NCBI GenBank assembly: GCA_031553805.1
Contig: JAVBLC010000007.1
Coordinates: forward strand, 8,256-72,255
Length of the DNA: 64,000 nt
DNA from: Rikenellaceae bacterium
GTDB lineage: Bacteria; Bacteroidota; Bacteroidia; Bacteroidales; Rikenellaceae
Direction of reading: 5' to 3'
Positions within the stretch are counted from its first letter, which is position 1, and each line of letters starts with the position of its first letter. This document shows positions 36,863 through 45,991 of the stretch, piece by piece. The notes under the pieces are model-generated. The model saw only the letters and a list, made by a program, of their open reading frames with translations. It made no database searches and was not told the origin of the DNA. The position numbers and the translations under genes were made by a program.

Positions 36863-38689
36863 CTACCGGAAAATGGGCAGTTGCGGGGGTTCGGGAATGT
36901 AGCGCGGCAGTTCGAGGCGCGACTCGTTGGTCAGGTAGAGCAATGGATAAGTCGTACGCCCCTGCTTGCCGAAAGCAAAGCCGAAACGGAACTGGATCGC
37001 CTTAAAGATCAGCCGCTCGTTCTTCACCCGAAAACCGACACCGAGCGTAGCGAAAAAATCGTTTTCGAACACCGCTGTCCGGTCGCCCAACCACCCTGCG
37101 TCGGCAAACGAGTAGAACGCAAAGCGAAAACCATACAGTTCGAACGGGGCGAAGAAGACAGTTTCATTACTAATGATCAATCGGTTGTCGCCATAAGCCA
37201 GGTAGCAGGAAAGTCCGCGCGGACGGTCGGTGCCGGTGAACGGCAGGCGTTCGCCCTCGCCCAGCAGGCGATCCGTGCCCCGCAGGTAACGAACGTTGTT
37301 GAACAGGCGGATCCGCCAGGTACCCGCCCCAAGCAGGTTCGAGAAGTAATTGGCGTTAGCCCCCATCATCCCCTGCCGCGGATTGCCGTCGAAAAAATAA
37401 CTGTTCGCAAAGACCTCGCCCCGGAGGTAACCCAGGGCCAATTGCCGGCCGGCCGAAAGGGTAAATCCGCCGTACCACCCGTTACGAAATTCACTGCGCA
37501 CGGGGCCGGCCGTCACTTCGAACTTGTGGCCGTAAGGGATATCCTCGATCACGCCGTAGCCAAAAATCATATTCCCCCGGTAGAACGACTCGCGGTAGAC
37601 CCCGATGCTGAGCAACGCCGCTTGGCGGTCGTGGTAGTAGGTATTCGAGTCGGCACGCACCTCGGGCCGCCTGAAATAGCGTTCGAAATTGGCGCTGCCG
37701 ATCACATAGACGCTGCTGTTGATCGGGTCGGCGTACCACGACCTGCCGGCCCACGCGTCGGCCTTGGCCCGCCGGATGAGTTGGATCGTGTCGGCAAGTA
37801 CCTGCGATTCGTAGTATCGGCTATAGCTTCCCGAGACCCCGACCATATAGTCGGTCGTCAGGATGAAATCCCTGTGCAGCAGCCCCTTGTAATAATATTC
37901 GTCGTAGCCCACGCCGGCCAACAGATCGACCTTGTAGAAACTCCCCCAGAGGTTGGGGACCGAATATTCGAACATATTGCCCCCGTAGAGGTTGTCCTTG
38001 AGGCTGACGTAGGTGCGGACGCCGAGGCGGGTGCCACTCCCAAGGAAATTGTTGTCGTAAAGCGAGATGTAGTAATTTCCGGGCGGCACGCTGCTCATAT
38101 CGGCACTGATCGACCAGGTGTCGCGCGTGAAAACGAAGACGTCGACCCCGTTCGGGTCGTCGGCCGACGGGTTGACCATAATGATCGCGTTGGAGATATA
38201 GGGCAGGTTATTGATCAGTTGCTGGTTTTTCATCATCACCAGCGGATCGAGCGTGTCGCCGTCGCGAAAGAGGAGATTGCGCCGGATGGCGCGTTCGCTC
38301 GTGGTGTGGTGGACCGAATTGGCCATCCCGCGCAAGCTGCCGGGCTTGGGCGGCGTTTCGAAAAGGCCGTTACAGGAAACCTCGATCGAATTGATCCGTT
38401 TGCCGATAAACTGACCGAAATAGGTGATCTCTTTAACCAGCCGCACCTCGGTCGAATCCTGCGGAAGCACCGCCTGAGGATTGGTCAGCACCGAGCCGTA
38501 AAGCATCCGGATAAAGCGTGAACTGTCGCGCCGGCTGCACAGGTTATCAAAGAATTGGGCGCTACGTATATTACCGGGTACGGTAGCCGTGTCGGCCACA
38601 ATACGGTCCGGCGTTACTGTCTGCCCGTAAGCCGCGCAGACACAACACAGGATCAAGCCCGTAACAAGAATCGCTTTTATTTTCGTCAT
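36863..38689 (-). CDS. Putative Omp85/BamA-family outer-membrane beta-barrel protein
   Basis: Trimmed to ATG 38689 (signal MTKIKAILVTGLILCCVCAAYGQ). It has a POTRA-like segment and alternating aromatic/glycine beta-strand pattern to the C-terminus. Family call is tentative. Confidence 0.5.
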   Translation of the reverse strand: MTKIKAILVTGLILCCVCAAYGQTVTPDRIVADTATVPGNIRSAQFFDNLCSRRDSSRFIRMLYGSVLTNPQAVLPQDSTEVRLVKEITYFGQFIGKRINSIEVSCNGLFETPPKPGSLRGMANSVHHTTSERAIRRNLLFRDGDTLDPLVMMKNQQLINNLPYISNAIIMVNPSADDPNGVDVFVFTRDTWSISADMSSVPPGNYYISLYDNNFLGSGTRLGVRTYVSLKDNLYGGNMFEYSVPNLWGSFYKVDLLAGVGYDEYYYKGLLHRDFILTTDYMVGVSGSYSRYYESQVLADTIQLIRRAKADAWAGRSWYADPINSSVYVIGSANFERYFRRPEVRADSNTYYHDRQAALLSIGVYRESFYRGNMIFGYGVIEDIPYGHKFEVTAGPVRSEFRNGWYGGFTLSAGRQLALGYLRGEVFANSYFFDGNPRQGMMGANANYFSNLLGAGTWRIRLFNNVRYLRGTDRLLGEGERLPFTGTDRPRGLSCYLAYGDNRLIISNETVFFAPFELYGFRFAFYSFADAGWLGDRTAVFENDFFATLGVGFRVKNERLIFKAIQFRFGFAFGKQGRTTYPLLYLTNESRLELPRYIPEPPQLPIFR

Positions 38690-38805
38690 AAATCCGGAGC
38701 GTCCCGCCCTCGACGGAGGAAACGCTGTAACAAACACTATAACAAATATACGCGAATATGACAAAATAATTGTTCCGGGGGACGCAGCTCTTTCGTTTTT
38801 TTTAA

Positions 38806-38813
38806 TACCTTTG
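38806..38813 (+). promoter_or_regulatory. Candidate -7 box TACCTTTG for tatA-tatC
   Basis: TAnnTTTG match 40 nt upstream of the ATG at 38853. Confidence 0.4.
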
Positions 38814-38852
38814 TGTATTATCCCCGGATTGTAAAGTAAAAATTAAGATAAA

Positions 38853-39104
38853 ATGGTTATGACTACGCTGACTATGATGCCCCTGTTTCTGGGCAAGATC
38901 GGGGCTCCTGAATTGATTCTGCTCCTGGTATTACTGATCGTTTTCTTCGGCGCGAAGAAGATTCCCGACCTGATGAAGGGGATGGGCCGCGGCATTAAGG
39001 AATTCAAGGATGCCGTCAACAAGGACTACACCACCGACAGCAACGGGAACGGCGACAACACAAACAAGCCGAACTCCAATCCGGGCGAGATCGACAAATT
39101 GTAA
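38853..39104 (+). CDS. tatA: Twin-arginine translocase subunit TatA/E
   Basis: TM helix plus amphipathic helix (LILLLVLLIVFFGAKKIPDLMKGMGRGIKEFKDA). The true start may be one of the internal Met codons at 38874/38877. Confidence 0.85.
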   Translation: MVMTTLTMMPLFLGKIGAPELILLLVLLIVFFGAKKIPDLMKGMGRGIKEFKDAVNKDYTTDSNGNGDNTNKPNSNPGEIDKL

Positions 39105-39125
39105 TCCCCGTCCACGTTCGGGACA

Positions 39126-40091
39126 ATGTCTGACAAAAATCAAAACAACAAAGGGTCATCTTCCGAGATGACCTTTTTCGAGCATTTGGATTCCCTGCGG
39201 CCGCACCTGCTCCGCGGGATTGTGGCGTTGTTCGTGGTGGTGATCGCCGCCTTTGGGTTCAAGGGGATCATCATCGACCACATCCTGATGGGGCCGCAAT
39301 CGCCCGATTTTCCGCTAAACCGTTTCCTGTGCTGGATGGGAGAACGGTTCGACATCCCGGCCTTGTGTACCAACAGCGTACAGCTCAACGTGATCAACAC
39401 CCGGATGGGAGGACAATTCTCGCTCCACATGATGGTGTCGCTCGTCACGGGGATCGTCGTGGCCGTCCCTTACCTGTTGTGGGAATTGTGGCGGTTCATC
39501 AAACCGGCGCTCTCCTATTACGAGCAGCGCAAGAGCAGTTTGTTCGTGCTTTACGTGTCGAGTTGTTTTTTCGTTGGGCTGGCCTTCGGCTATTTCATCA
39601 TTGCGCCGCTGACAGTCAACTTTCTCTCGAACTACGAGGCGAGTGCACTGATCACCAACATGATCGACGTCAACTCCTACATTACCACGGTGATTAATGT
39701 GTCGATGGCCTCGGCCGCGGTGTTCCAGCTGCCGATCCTGGTCTATTTCCTGTCGAAGATGGGCATCATCACCTCGGCCTTCATGAAGAAATACCGCAAG
39801 CACGCCATTGTGGTACTGGCGGCGCTGTCGGCGATCATCACCCCGCCCGATATTTTCAGCTGCATCCTGGTGCTGTTGCCGATGCTGGGGCTTTACGAGT
39901 TGAGTATCAACATCGCCAAGCGCAACGAACGTAAAAAACGCGAAGAGGAAGCTGCTTTCTACGGCGACCTGCCCGAAGAATCGAACAAGCCGGTGGCGGT
40001 GGCCGCCCAGGAAGTGACCGTTCCCGAGGGCGAGCCCGACCAAAGCTATTACGACCATTACTATAATCCGGACGAAAACAACAACGATTAG
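39126..40091 (+). CDS. tatC: Twin-arginine translocase subunit TatC
   Basis: 321 aa. TatC N-terminal MTFFEHLDSLRPHLLRG, six predicted TM segments and an acidic C-terminal tail. Confidence 0.9.
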   Translation: MSDKNQNNKGSSSEMTFFEHLDSLRPHLLRGIVALFVVVIAAFGFKGIIIDHILMGPQSPDFPLNRFLCWMGERFDIPALCTNSVQLNVINTRMGGQFSLHMMVSLVTGIVVAVPYLLWELWRFIKPALSYYEQRKSSLFVLYVSSCFFVGLAFGYFIIAPLTVNFLSNYEASALITNMIDVNSYITTVINVSMASAAVFQLPILVYFLSKMGIITSAFMKKYRKHAIVVLAALSAIITPPDIFSCILVLLPMLGLYELSINIAKRNERKKREEEAAFYGDLPEESNKPVAVAAQEVTVPEGEPDQSYYDHYYNPDENNND

Positions 40092-40198
40092 CCGGAAGTT
40101 CGGCATTATTTCTGCTGCCCGATGTAACATTTTACCGGGTTACTGCGTTTTCCGTGTAAAACACGGAAACGTAAATTTATCCCCAAAAACCTGAAAAG

Positions 40199-40789
40199 AT
40201 GAAAAAAGGACTCATTGTACTCATCGTGGTGGCCGTACTGGCCCTGATCGGTTACTCGGCCGGCAAATCGGGCTACAACCGGATGGTCACCCTGCGCGAA
40301 AGCGTGAAAGCCCAGTGGGGTAATGTCGAAAACCAATACCAACGCCGCGCCGACCTGATCCCCAACTTGGTCAACACGGTCAAAGGCTATGCCACTCACG
40401 AAAGCGCGACGCTCGAAGCAGTGACCGAAGCCCGCAGCAAAGCGACCGGCGTGCAACTCAATTTCGACGAATTGAACGAAGAATCGCTCGCCCGCTACAG
40501 CCAGATGCAGGGCGAGATCTCGTCGGCCCTGGGCCGCCTGCTGGCCATTTCCGAAAACTATCCCGACCTGAAAGCCAACCAGAATTTTCGGGACCTACAG
40601 GTACAGTTGGAAGGCACGGAAAACCGGATTTCGACCGAGCGCCGCAAATTCAACGAAGAAGCACAGGGCTACAACACCTACATCGCCCAGTTCCCGCGCA
40701 ACATTTTTGCGGGACTCTTCGGCTTCAAGGCCACGGCCTACTTCACGGCCGACGAGGGGGCAGCCCGGGCGCCCGAGGTGCAATTCTAA
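40199..40789 (+). CDS. lemA: LemA family protein
   Basis: 196 aa with an N-terminal TM. LemA motifs NQYQRRADLIPNLV, ISENYPDLKAN and ISTERRKFNE..YN. Confidence 0.9.
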   Translation: MKKGLIVLIVVAVLALIGYSAGKSGYNRMVTLRESVKAQWGNVENQYQRRADLIPNLVNTVKGYATHESATLEAVTEARSKATGVQLNFDELNEESLARYSQMQGEISSALGRLLAISENYPDLKANQNFRDLQVQLEGTENRISTERRKFNEEAQGYNTYIAQFPRNIFAGLFGFKATAYFTADEGAARAPEVQF

Positions 40790-40826
40790 CGCCGAGGCAA
40801 CGCTAACCTGTTAAACTGCTGAATGT

Positions 40827-41276
40827 ATGCCCCACACGAAAAAACCGTCGACCCTGTTCACCGCCCAACAGCGCGACCGGATCGTGGCCGCCATCAACCA
40901 GGCCGAGCTCACGACCTCCACTGAGATCCGCGTACATATCGAAAGCCGTTGCCCGGAAGAGGCTATGGACCGTGCTGTAATGGTCTTCGAACAACTGGAA
41001 ATGCACCGCACCATGCTCCGCAACGGGGTGTTGGTCTATGTCTCCCTGCAGGACCGGAAAACAGCCATTATCGGTGACGTAGCAATCAACGCCTGCGTGG
41101 GCGAACGCTTTTGGAATGTGTGCTACGCTGCGCTGTCCGACCATTTCTCGAAAGGCGAATTTACCGAAGGAATCTGTCGGGTAATCGCTATGCTCCAAGA
41201 GGAGCTCAAACCCCATTTCCCTTATCACGAAGGAGGCACGAACGAATTGCCGGACGACATTTCGTTCGGACGATAA
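40827..41276 (+). CDS. TPM-domain protein (DUF477 family)
   Basis: 149 aa. TSTEIRVHIE and NGVLVYVSLQDRKTAIIGD are typical of TPM/TLP18.3-like domains. Standard LemA-TPM-TPM gene order. Confidence 0.8.
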   Translation: MPHTKKPSTLFTAQQRDRIVAAINQAELTTSTEIRVHIESRCPEEAMDRAVMVFEQLEMHRTMLRNGVLVYVSLQDRKTAIIGDVAINACVGERFWNVCYAALSDHFSKGEFTEGICRVIAMLQEELKPHFPYHEGGTNELPDDISFGR

Positions 41277-41292
41277 ATCTCATCCCCACACC

Positions 41293-42108
41293 ATGAAAAA
41301 AGTATTCCTTCTGCTGGTTACGCTGGCTGGCTGGGCCGTTGGCATGGGACAGACATTTCCCGAGCCTATGCAGCCTGCCGTGCTGGTCAACGATTTTGCA
41401 GGCGTCTTCTCGCAGGAAGAACGACTGGCGCTCGAACGCAAGCTTGAAGATTTCGAACGCTCCTCTTCGACCCAGATCGCGGTGGTGACGGCAACCGACC
41501 TGCAGGAACTGGAACCGGGTGATTACGCCGCCCGGCTGTTCGATCGCTGGGGCATCGGCGGACAGGGCAAAGACAACGGCGTACTGATCCTCGTCAAACC
41601 CAAGACGGCCACCGAACGAGGCCAGGTGTTCATCACAACCGGCTACGGCCTCGAAGGAGCGGTTCCCGACGCACTGGCGGGCCGCATCGTCGATTACGAC
41701 ATCCTGCCCGCTTTCCGCGAAGGCAATTACTACAAAGGGGTCGACAACGCGGTCAATACGCTGATCTCGCTCACCAAAGGCGAATTCACGGCTGAACAAT
41801 ACATGGAGAAACACGAAGGAGAGGATTTTGCCGGGATATTTTCCGCGTTCTTCCTCATTTTCTTCCTGGTGATCCTGTTGGTGATCCTGGCCAAAAAAAG
41901 AGGAGGGAAAGGCGGGGGCGGCGGTAGCCGGACCATCTCGTCGAGCGGTGACGACATCGCCCGTGCCATCCTGTGGGGCACGCTCCTTGGGGGCGGCCGT
42001 AGCGGCGGATCCGGAGGTTCGTCGTGGGGCGGCGGATCGTCGGGCGGAGGATTCGGAGGATTCGGCGGCGGCATGACCGGCGGCGGCGGAGCGGGAGGCT
42101 CGTGGTAA
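41293..42108 (+). CDS. TPM-domain (YgcG-like) membrane protein with Gly-rich tail
   Basis: Signal peptide, TPM domain (VNDFAGVFS..TQIAVVT..NGVLILV), one TM segment and a C-terminal GGS-rich low-complexity tail. Confidence 0.85.
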   Translation: MKKVFLLLVTLAGWAVGMGQTFPEPMQPAVLVNDFAGVFSQEERLALERKLEDFERSSSTQIAVVTATDLQELEPGDYAARLFDRWGIGGQGKDNGVLILVKPKTATERGQVFITTGYGLEGAVPDALAGRIVDYDILPAFREGNYYKGVDNAVNTLISLTKGEFTAEQYMEKHEGEDFAGIFSAFFLIFFLVILLVILAKKRGGKGGGGGSRTISSSGDDIARAILWGTLLGGGRSGGSGGSSWGGGSSGGGFGGFGGGMTGGGGAGGSW

Positions 42109-42121
42109 ACATTCGAAATAC

Positions 42122-43087
42122 GTGAAATCCACCCTCTATAAAATTGCCGGATTCGCGGCCGTAGGGTTAGCTGTGGCAGGCATCGTCCTGCCGCTGTTGC
42201 CCACCACCCCCTTTCTGTTGCTGGCGGCATGGTGCTTTGCCCGCAGTTCTGACCGGTGGTTGCAATGGCTTTTGAACAACCGGGTGTTCGGCAAATATAT
42301 CCGTGACTATCGGGCCGGCAACGGCATCCCGGGACGGGTCAAGTGGTATGCCCTCGCCCTGCTCTGGATCACGATCGGCCTCTCGGCCGCGCTGGCCACC
42401 GACAACCCGTGGGTACGCCTCGGGCTCGGAACGATCGCCATCGGGGTAACCATCCACATTCTATCCATCAAACGCAAAACCGTGAAAAAAGAACGCACGC
42501 TTATCGTCGCAGCCGAAGCCCTCGAACTGGCCCCGCTGCTTGAAGCGCTTGGCGCCGAACCAGGCCAGGCGGCAGCCACCTCCCAAGGCGAAGCGGTAGT
42601 CTGCTTCACCGGCGTAGGTTTAGTAGCGACTGCCATCTCGGTGGCGAAATTCATCGAAAAATACGCGCCCGACCGCGTGATCCAGGCAGGAATCGCCGGC
42701 GCTTACGCCGACAGCGGACTGGGCGTGGGCGACGTCGTGGCCGTGGCCGAAGAACGACTGGGCGACCTGGGCGTCTTCCACACTCCGACCGAATTCGTAC
42801 CGTGGGCGGCGTCCGAAACACTCCCCTGCCCCCACATTCCCGACCCGTGGGCCTTGCCCCGCGTCACCGGCAACAGCGTCCAGGCCGCCTGCGCCCCTTA
42901 CGTCCGGCACGAGGGATGCGCCATCGAAACCATGGAAGGCTACGCCCTCTTCGCTGCCTGTCGCGCCGCCGGGGTACCCTTCGTTCAGGTTCGCGCCATC
43001 TCCAATCTCGTAGGCGCCCCCCGCACCCAATGGGACATCCCGCATGCCGTCGAAAAACTCAACGATTTCATCATCTCAATACTATAG
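42122..43087 (+). CDS. Fusion ORF: YbaN/DUF454 membrane domain plus futalosine hydrolase-like (MqnB, PNP_UDP_1) domain
   Basis: GTG start. Residues 1-120 carry YbaN-like motifs (GIVLPLLPTTPFLLLAAWCFARSS). Residues ~121-321 are nucleosidase-like (LIVAAEALELAPLL..TGVGLVATA..GIAGAY..ETMEGYA). There is no stop between the halves, and an in-frame GTG lies at 42482. Confidence 0.65.
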   Translation: MKSTLYKIAGFAAVGLAVAGIVLPLLPTTPFLLLAAWCFARSSDRWLQWLLNNRVFGKYIRDYRAGNGIPGRVKWYALALLWITIGLSAALATDNPWVRLGLGTIAIGVTIHILSIKRKTVKKERTLIVAAEALELAPLLEALGAEPGQAAATSQGEAVVCFTGVGLVATAISVAKFIEKYAPDRVIQAGIAGAYADSGLGVGDVVAVAEERLGDLGVFHTPTEFVPWAASETLPCPHIPDPWALPRVTGNSVQAACAPYVRHEGCAIETMEGYALFAACRAAGVPFVQVRAISNLVGAPRTQWDIPHAVEKLNDFIISIL

Positions 43088-43255
43088 GCTACCCTTGCCC
43101 CGTTAAATCCATCGTCATGAAAAAACGGATCACCCAACAGGACTACCTCAAAGCCAATCGAAAAGCCAGCCGCGAAGAAGAAATCGCAGCGCACGGACAC
43201 CCTGTGTCCCGGTCCCGCGTCCACCAATCGACAAAAACATACAACCGCAAAAAAG

Positions 43256-43284
43256 AAAAGGCAGCCCTCAAAAAGCTGCCTTTT
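43256..43284 (+). terminator. Intrinsic terminator-like hairpin downstream of the YbaN-MqnB ORF
   Basis: aaaaGGCAGC-(9 nt)-GCTGCCtttt, a 10-bp stem ending in TTTT. Confidence 0.55.
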
Positions 43285-43327
43285 CCTATGGTAAGCGATT
43301 ACCGGGGATGCTTCGTGTCGCCTTCGA

Positions 43328-43363
43328 CTAGCACTTTTTGTAAAAAGTGCCAGTCAGAGCCGG
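43328..43363. repeat. Fragment of the palindromic repeat family
   Basis: The core gcactttttgtaaaaagtgc is identical to 14496-14515. The flank cagtcagagccgg is the reverse complement of ccggctctgactg at 14483-14495. Confidence 0.8.
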
Positions 43364-43406
43364 CGCCAAGCATTTCTGGCGACTGCTTGCGACGGGAATG
43401 GGCGGG

Positions 43407-43919
43407 TTATTCGTCGTCGTATTGGTCGTCGCCACCGAAATCCGAAAAATCGTCCATGGCTTCTTCGAAGATGGACTGGTTTCGGGGAGATGCCTCGGGG
43501 TCGAATTGGTCGGGCGGTGCGCCGTTTGCAAAGGCTACGCGGGGGTAGACCATTCCTTCCTGGCTGCGGGTGGTGGCCATGAGTTCGAGGAACATGGCGC
43601 GGTCTTCGAACAGGTCGAACTGGTAGATAAGCCGGTCGTTGTTATTGCGCAGGATCTGACCGAGGGTGACTTCGCCCATCGGGATGGGGGGTTGTTCAGG
43701 GTTTGTACCTTCACCGACGTCGACCAGGGTAAATTCCTGGAGTTTGCGCCATTGGCGGTCGGCGGCGAAAAATGACACCATATTGCCCGGATCGTATTGC
43801 AGGTCGTCGCAGATCGTATAGTGAAAATCGAGCAGGGTCATCGAATAGAGCACTTCGTAGTCGCGGACGAAATTGTCGTCCTCGTCGTTGATCATGCGAA
43901 GTTTGAAAACCATCTCCAT
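43407..43919 (-). CDS. Conserved hypothetical protein with acidic tail (distant PRiA4_ORF3/TnpR-passenger-like fold?)
   Basis: About 170 aa from ATG 43919 (MEMVFKLRM..) with coding-like composition. The family resemblance (LLDFHYTI.., LIYQFDLFEDRAMFLEL) is weak and from memory. Confidence 0.4.
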   Translation of the reverse strand: MEMVFKLRMINDEDDNFVRDYEVLYSMTLLDFHYTICDDLQYDPGNMVSFFAADRQWRKLQEFTLVDVGEGTNPEQPPIPMGEVTLGQILRNNNDRLIYQFDLFEDRAMFLELMATTRSQEGMVYPRVAFANGAPPDQFDPEASPRNQSIFEEAMDDFSDFGGDDQYDDE

Positions 43920-43993
43920 AACTGATGTATTATAATAAATGCAGTTCAAATATAGACAAAAATAGCTATCTTTCGGATAAATTCATATGGTTT

Positions 43994-45448
43994 ATGGCAA
44001 ATTTACAGGAACTGGCAGGCCCGAAAGCGGTTTGGCGTTACTTTGAGGAGATCACGCAAGTGCCTCGTCCATCGAAGAAAGAAGAACAGATCATCGCTTA
44101 TCTGGAACGTTTCGCGCAGGAGCGGGGACTGGAATATAAAACGGACGCGACGGGCAACGTGGTGATCCGAAAAGGGGGCACGCCGGGGATGGAAAACCGT
44201 CCGGCAGTGGTGCTGCAAAGCCACATGGATATGGTGTGTGAGAAGAATAGCGACGTGAGTTTCGACTTCGAGCGCGAGGCGATCCGCACCGTGGTGGTCG
44301 ATGGCTGGGTGAAAGCCCAGGGGACGACCCTCGGGGCCGACGACGGCATCGGGATGGCGGCGGCACTGGCCATCCTCGCCGACGACGACCTCGCCCACGG
44401 ACCGGTCGAAGCGCTGTTTACGGTCGACGAAGAGACGGGGCTCACCGGCGCTTTCGGCCTGGCCGAAGGGATGATTAGCGGAAAATACCTCATCAACCTC
44501 GACTCGGAAGACGAGGGGGAAATTTTCATCGGTTGTGCGGGAGGCATCGACACCGTGGCCCGGATGCGGTATATCGTCGAATCGGTTCCGTCCGGATGGA
44601 GCGCCTGGCAACTTTCGCTGCGGGGCCTCACCGGCGGCCACTCGGGCGACGACATCGAGAAAGGGTACGCCAACGCCAACAAACTCATCGCCCGTTTTCT
44701 GTGGCGGGGGGCACACGATTTCTCGCTGCGGTTGTCGCATCTCGACGGGGGCAACCTGCGCAACGCGATCCCGCGCGAAGCGGTCGCCGTTTTCGCTATT
44801 CCGATCGCCGAAGAGGAAAAAATGAAACACGAAATCAAGCAATTCCGGGACGAAATCGTCGATGAATTCAAATTTACCGAAAAAAAGATCGTCCTCGAAC
44901 TAAAAAATTTCACTGCCGGCGAGGTGTTGGCCGCCGAGTGTCAAAAAAACCTGCTTTACGCGTTGCGCGCCGTGCCGAACGGGGTGCTAGCGATGAGCCA
45001 GGCCGTGCCGGGACTGGTCGAAACGTCGACCAACCTGGCCTCGGTCAAATTCGACGGGGCAGGCACGATCACCCTGACTACCAGCCAACGCAGCTCGGTC
45101 GAAAGCGCCAAGCGCGACGCGATGGAATCAGTCGAGAGTTGCTTCACGCTTGCCAATACAACCGTCGAACATTCAGAAGGTTACCCCGGATGGACACCTG
45201 ATCCGTCCTCGCATTTATTGGCTGTGACAGCCGAAACTTATCACGACCTCTTCAATGAGAAACCGAAGATCCGGGCCATTCACGCCGGCTTGGAATGCGG
45301 CCTTTTCCTCAAAAAATATCCTCATCTTGAGATGGTTTCCTTCGGTCCCACCCTGCGTGGCGTGCACTCGCCCGATGAGCGTCTGGAGATCGCTTCGGTC
45401 GGAAAATTTTGGGATTTACTCTGCCAAATTCTGCAAAATTTGACCTAA
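43994..45448 (+). CDS. pepD: Aminoacyl-histidine dipeptidase (peptidase M20C)
   Basis: Trimmed to ATG 43994. Metal-ligand motifs QSHMDMV, GADDGIGMA and TVDEETGLTGA. Confidence 0.9.
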   Translation: MANLQELAGPKAVWRYFEEITQVPRPSKKEEQIIAYLERFAQERGLEYKTDATGNVVIRKGGTPGMENRPAVVLQSHMDMVCEKNSDVSFDFEREAIRTVVVDGWVKAQGTTLGADDGIGMAAALAILADDDLAHGPVEALFTVDEETGLTGAFGLAEGMISGKYLINLDSEDEGEIFIGCAGGIDTVARMRYIVESVPSGWSAWQLSLRGLTGGHSGDDIEKGYANANKLIARFLWRGAHDFSLRLSHLDGGNLRNAIPREAVAVFAIPIAEEEKMKHEIKQFRDEIVDEFKFTEKKIVLELKNFTAGEVLAAECQKNLLYALRAVPNGVLAMSQAVPGLVETSTNLASVKFDGAGTITLTTSQRSSVESAKRDAMESVESCFTLANTTVEHSEGYPGWTPDPSSHLLAVTAETYHDLFNEKPKIRAIHAGLECGLFLKKYPHLEMVSFGPTLRGVHSPDERLEIASVGKFWDLLCQILQNLT

Positions 45449-45502
45449 ATTCCCGCCAATCTATGGGTTACAAATAAGAAAAGGGTGATTTTTTCAGCAA
45501 AA

Positions 45503-45537
45503 TTTGCATTCTTTAATAAAATTAATGTATATATTTG
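45503..45537 (+). promoter_or_regulatory. Candidate promoter of the HU gene (-33 TTTG, -7 TATATTTG)
   Basis: TTTG at 45503-45506 and TATATTTG at 45530-45537, 42 nt upstream of the ATG at 45579. This is the best two-box match in the window. Confidence 0.5.
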
Positions 45538-45578
45538 CCCTATCTGTTTGAACTTACTCCATCTAAAATCTAAATCGT

Positions 45579-45848
45579 ATGAACAAATCTCAACTCGTTG
45601 ATGCAATCGCCAAGGAAGCCGGCATCACCAAAGCAGAATCGAAGAAAGTACTCGACGCTTTCACGAAAGTAACCGCCAAAACGCTGAAATCGGGTGACAA
45701 AATCGCTCTGGTTGGCTTCGGTTCTTTCTCGGTAGTGAACAAACCGGCTCGCACCGGCCGCAACCCGAGAACGGGCGCAACGATCAAGATCGCTGCCAAG
45801 AAGACCGTGAAATTCAAGGCTGGCGCCGAACTCAACGCTGCCGTTTAA
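45579..45848 (+). CDS. hup: HU-family DNA-binding protein
   Basis: 89 aa. MNKSQLVDAIA.. and the beta-arm motif RTGRNPRTGATIKI. Confidence 0.95.
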   Translation: MNKSQLVDAIAKEAGITKAESKKVLDAFTKVTAKTLKSGDKIALVGFGSFSVVNKPARTGRNPRTGATIKIAAKKTVKFKAGAELNAAV

Positions 45849-45937
45849 TTCCGGCCCGATGACCGTCCGAGCCTGCGCTGCGTAGTGCGGGATAAATCTT
45901 TTTTATAAAGCCTGAGGGCGGCTCTGAACAAATTCGG

Positions 45938-45971
45938 GAGAGGATGCATATCTTTGCATCCTCTCTTTTTT
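45938..45971 (+). terminator. Intrinsic terminator after hup
   Basis: Perfect 10-bp stem gagaggatgc / gcatcctctc with an 8-nt loop, followed by TTTTTT. The loop contains the next gene's -7 box. Confidence 0.7.
45949..45956 (+). promoter_or_regulatory. Candidate -7 box TATCTTTG for the PfkB kinase gene
   Basis: TAnnTTTG match 36 nt upstream of the ATG at 45992, embedded in the hup terminator loop. Confidence 0.35.
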
Positions 45972-45991
45972 ATTAGAAATAACCACACGGA

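Noticed and set aside
41860-42230. Gly/Ser/Pro-rich ORFs on both strands (the tail of 41293-42108, plus 41206-42132 and 41730-42230 on the minus strand)
   Set aside because: The GGS-rich tail belongs to the YgcG-like TPM protein, a common low-complexity C-terminus. The minus-strand Pro/Arg-rich ORFs are its antisense shadows.
43407-43919. PRiA4_ORF3/IS1096-passenger-like protein as evidence of a transposon
   Set aside because: The family resemblance is weak and from memory. No transposase or terminal inverted repeats flank the gene, and the neighbours are pepD and housekeeping genes.
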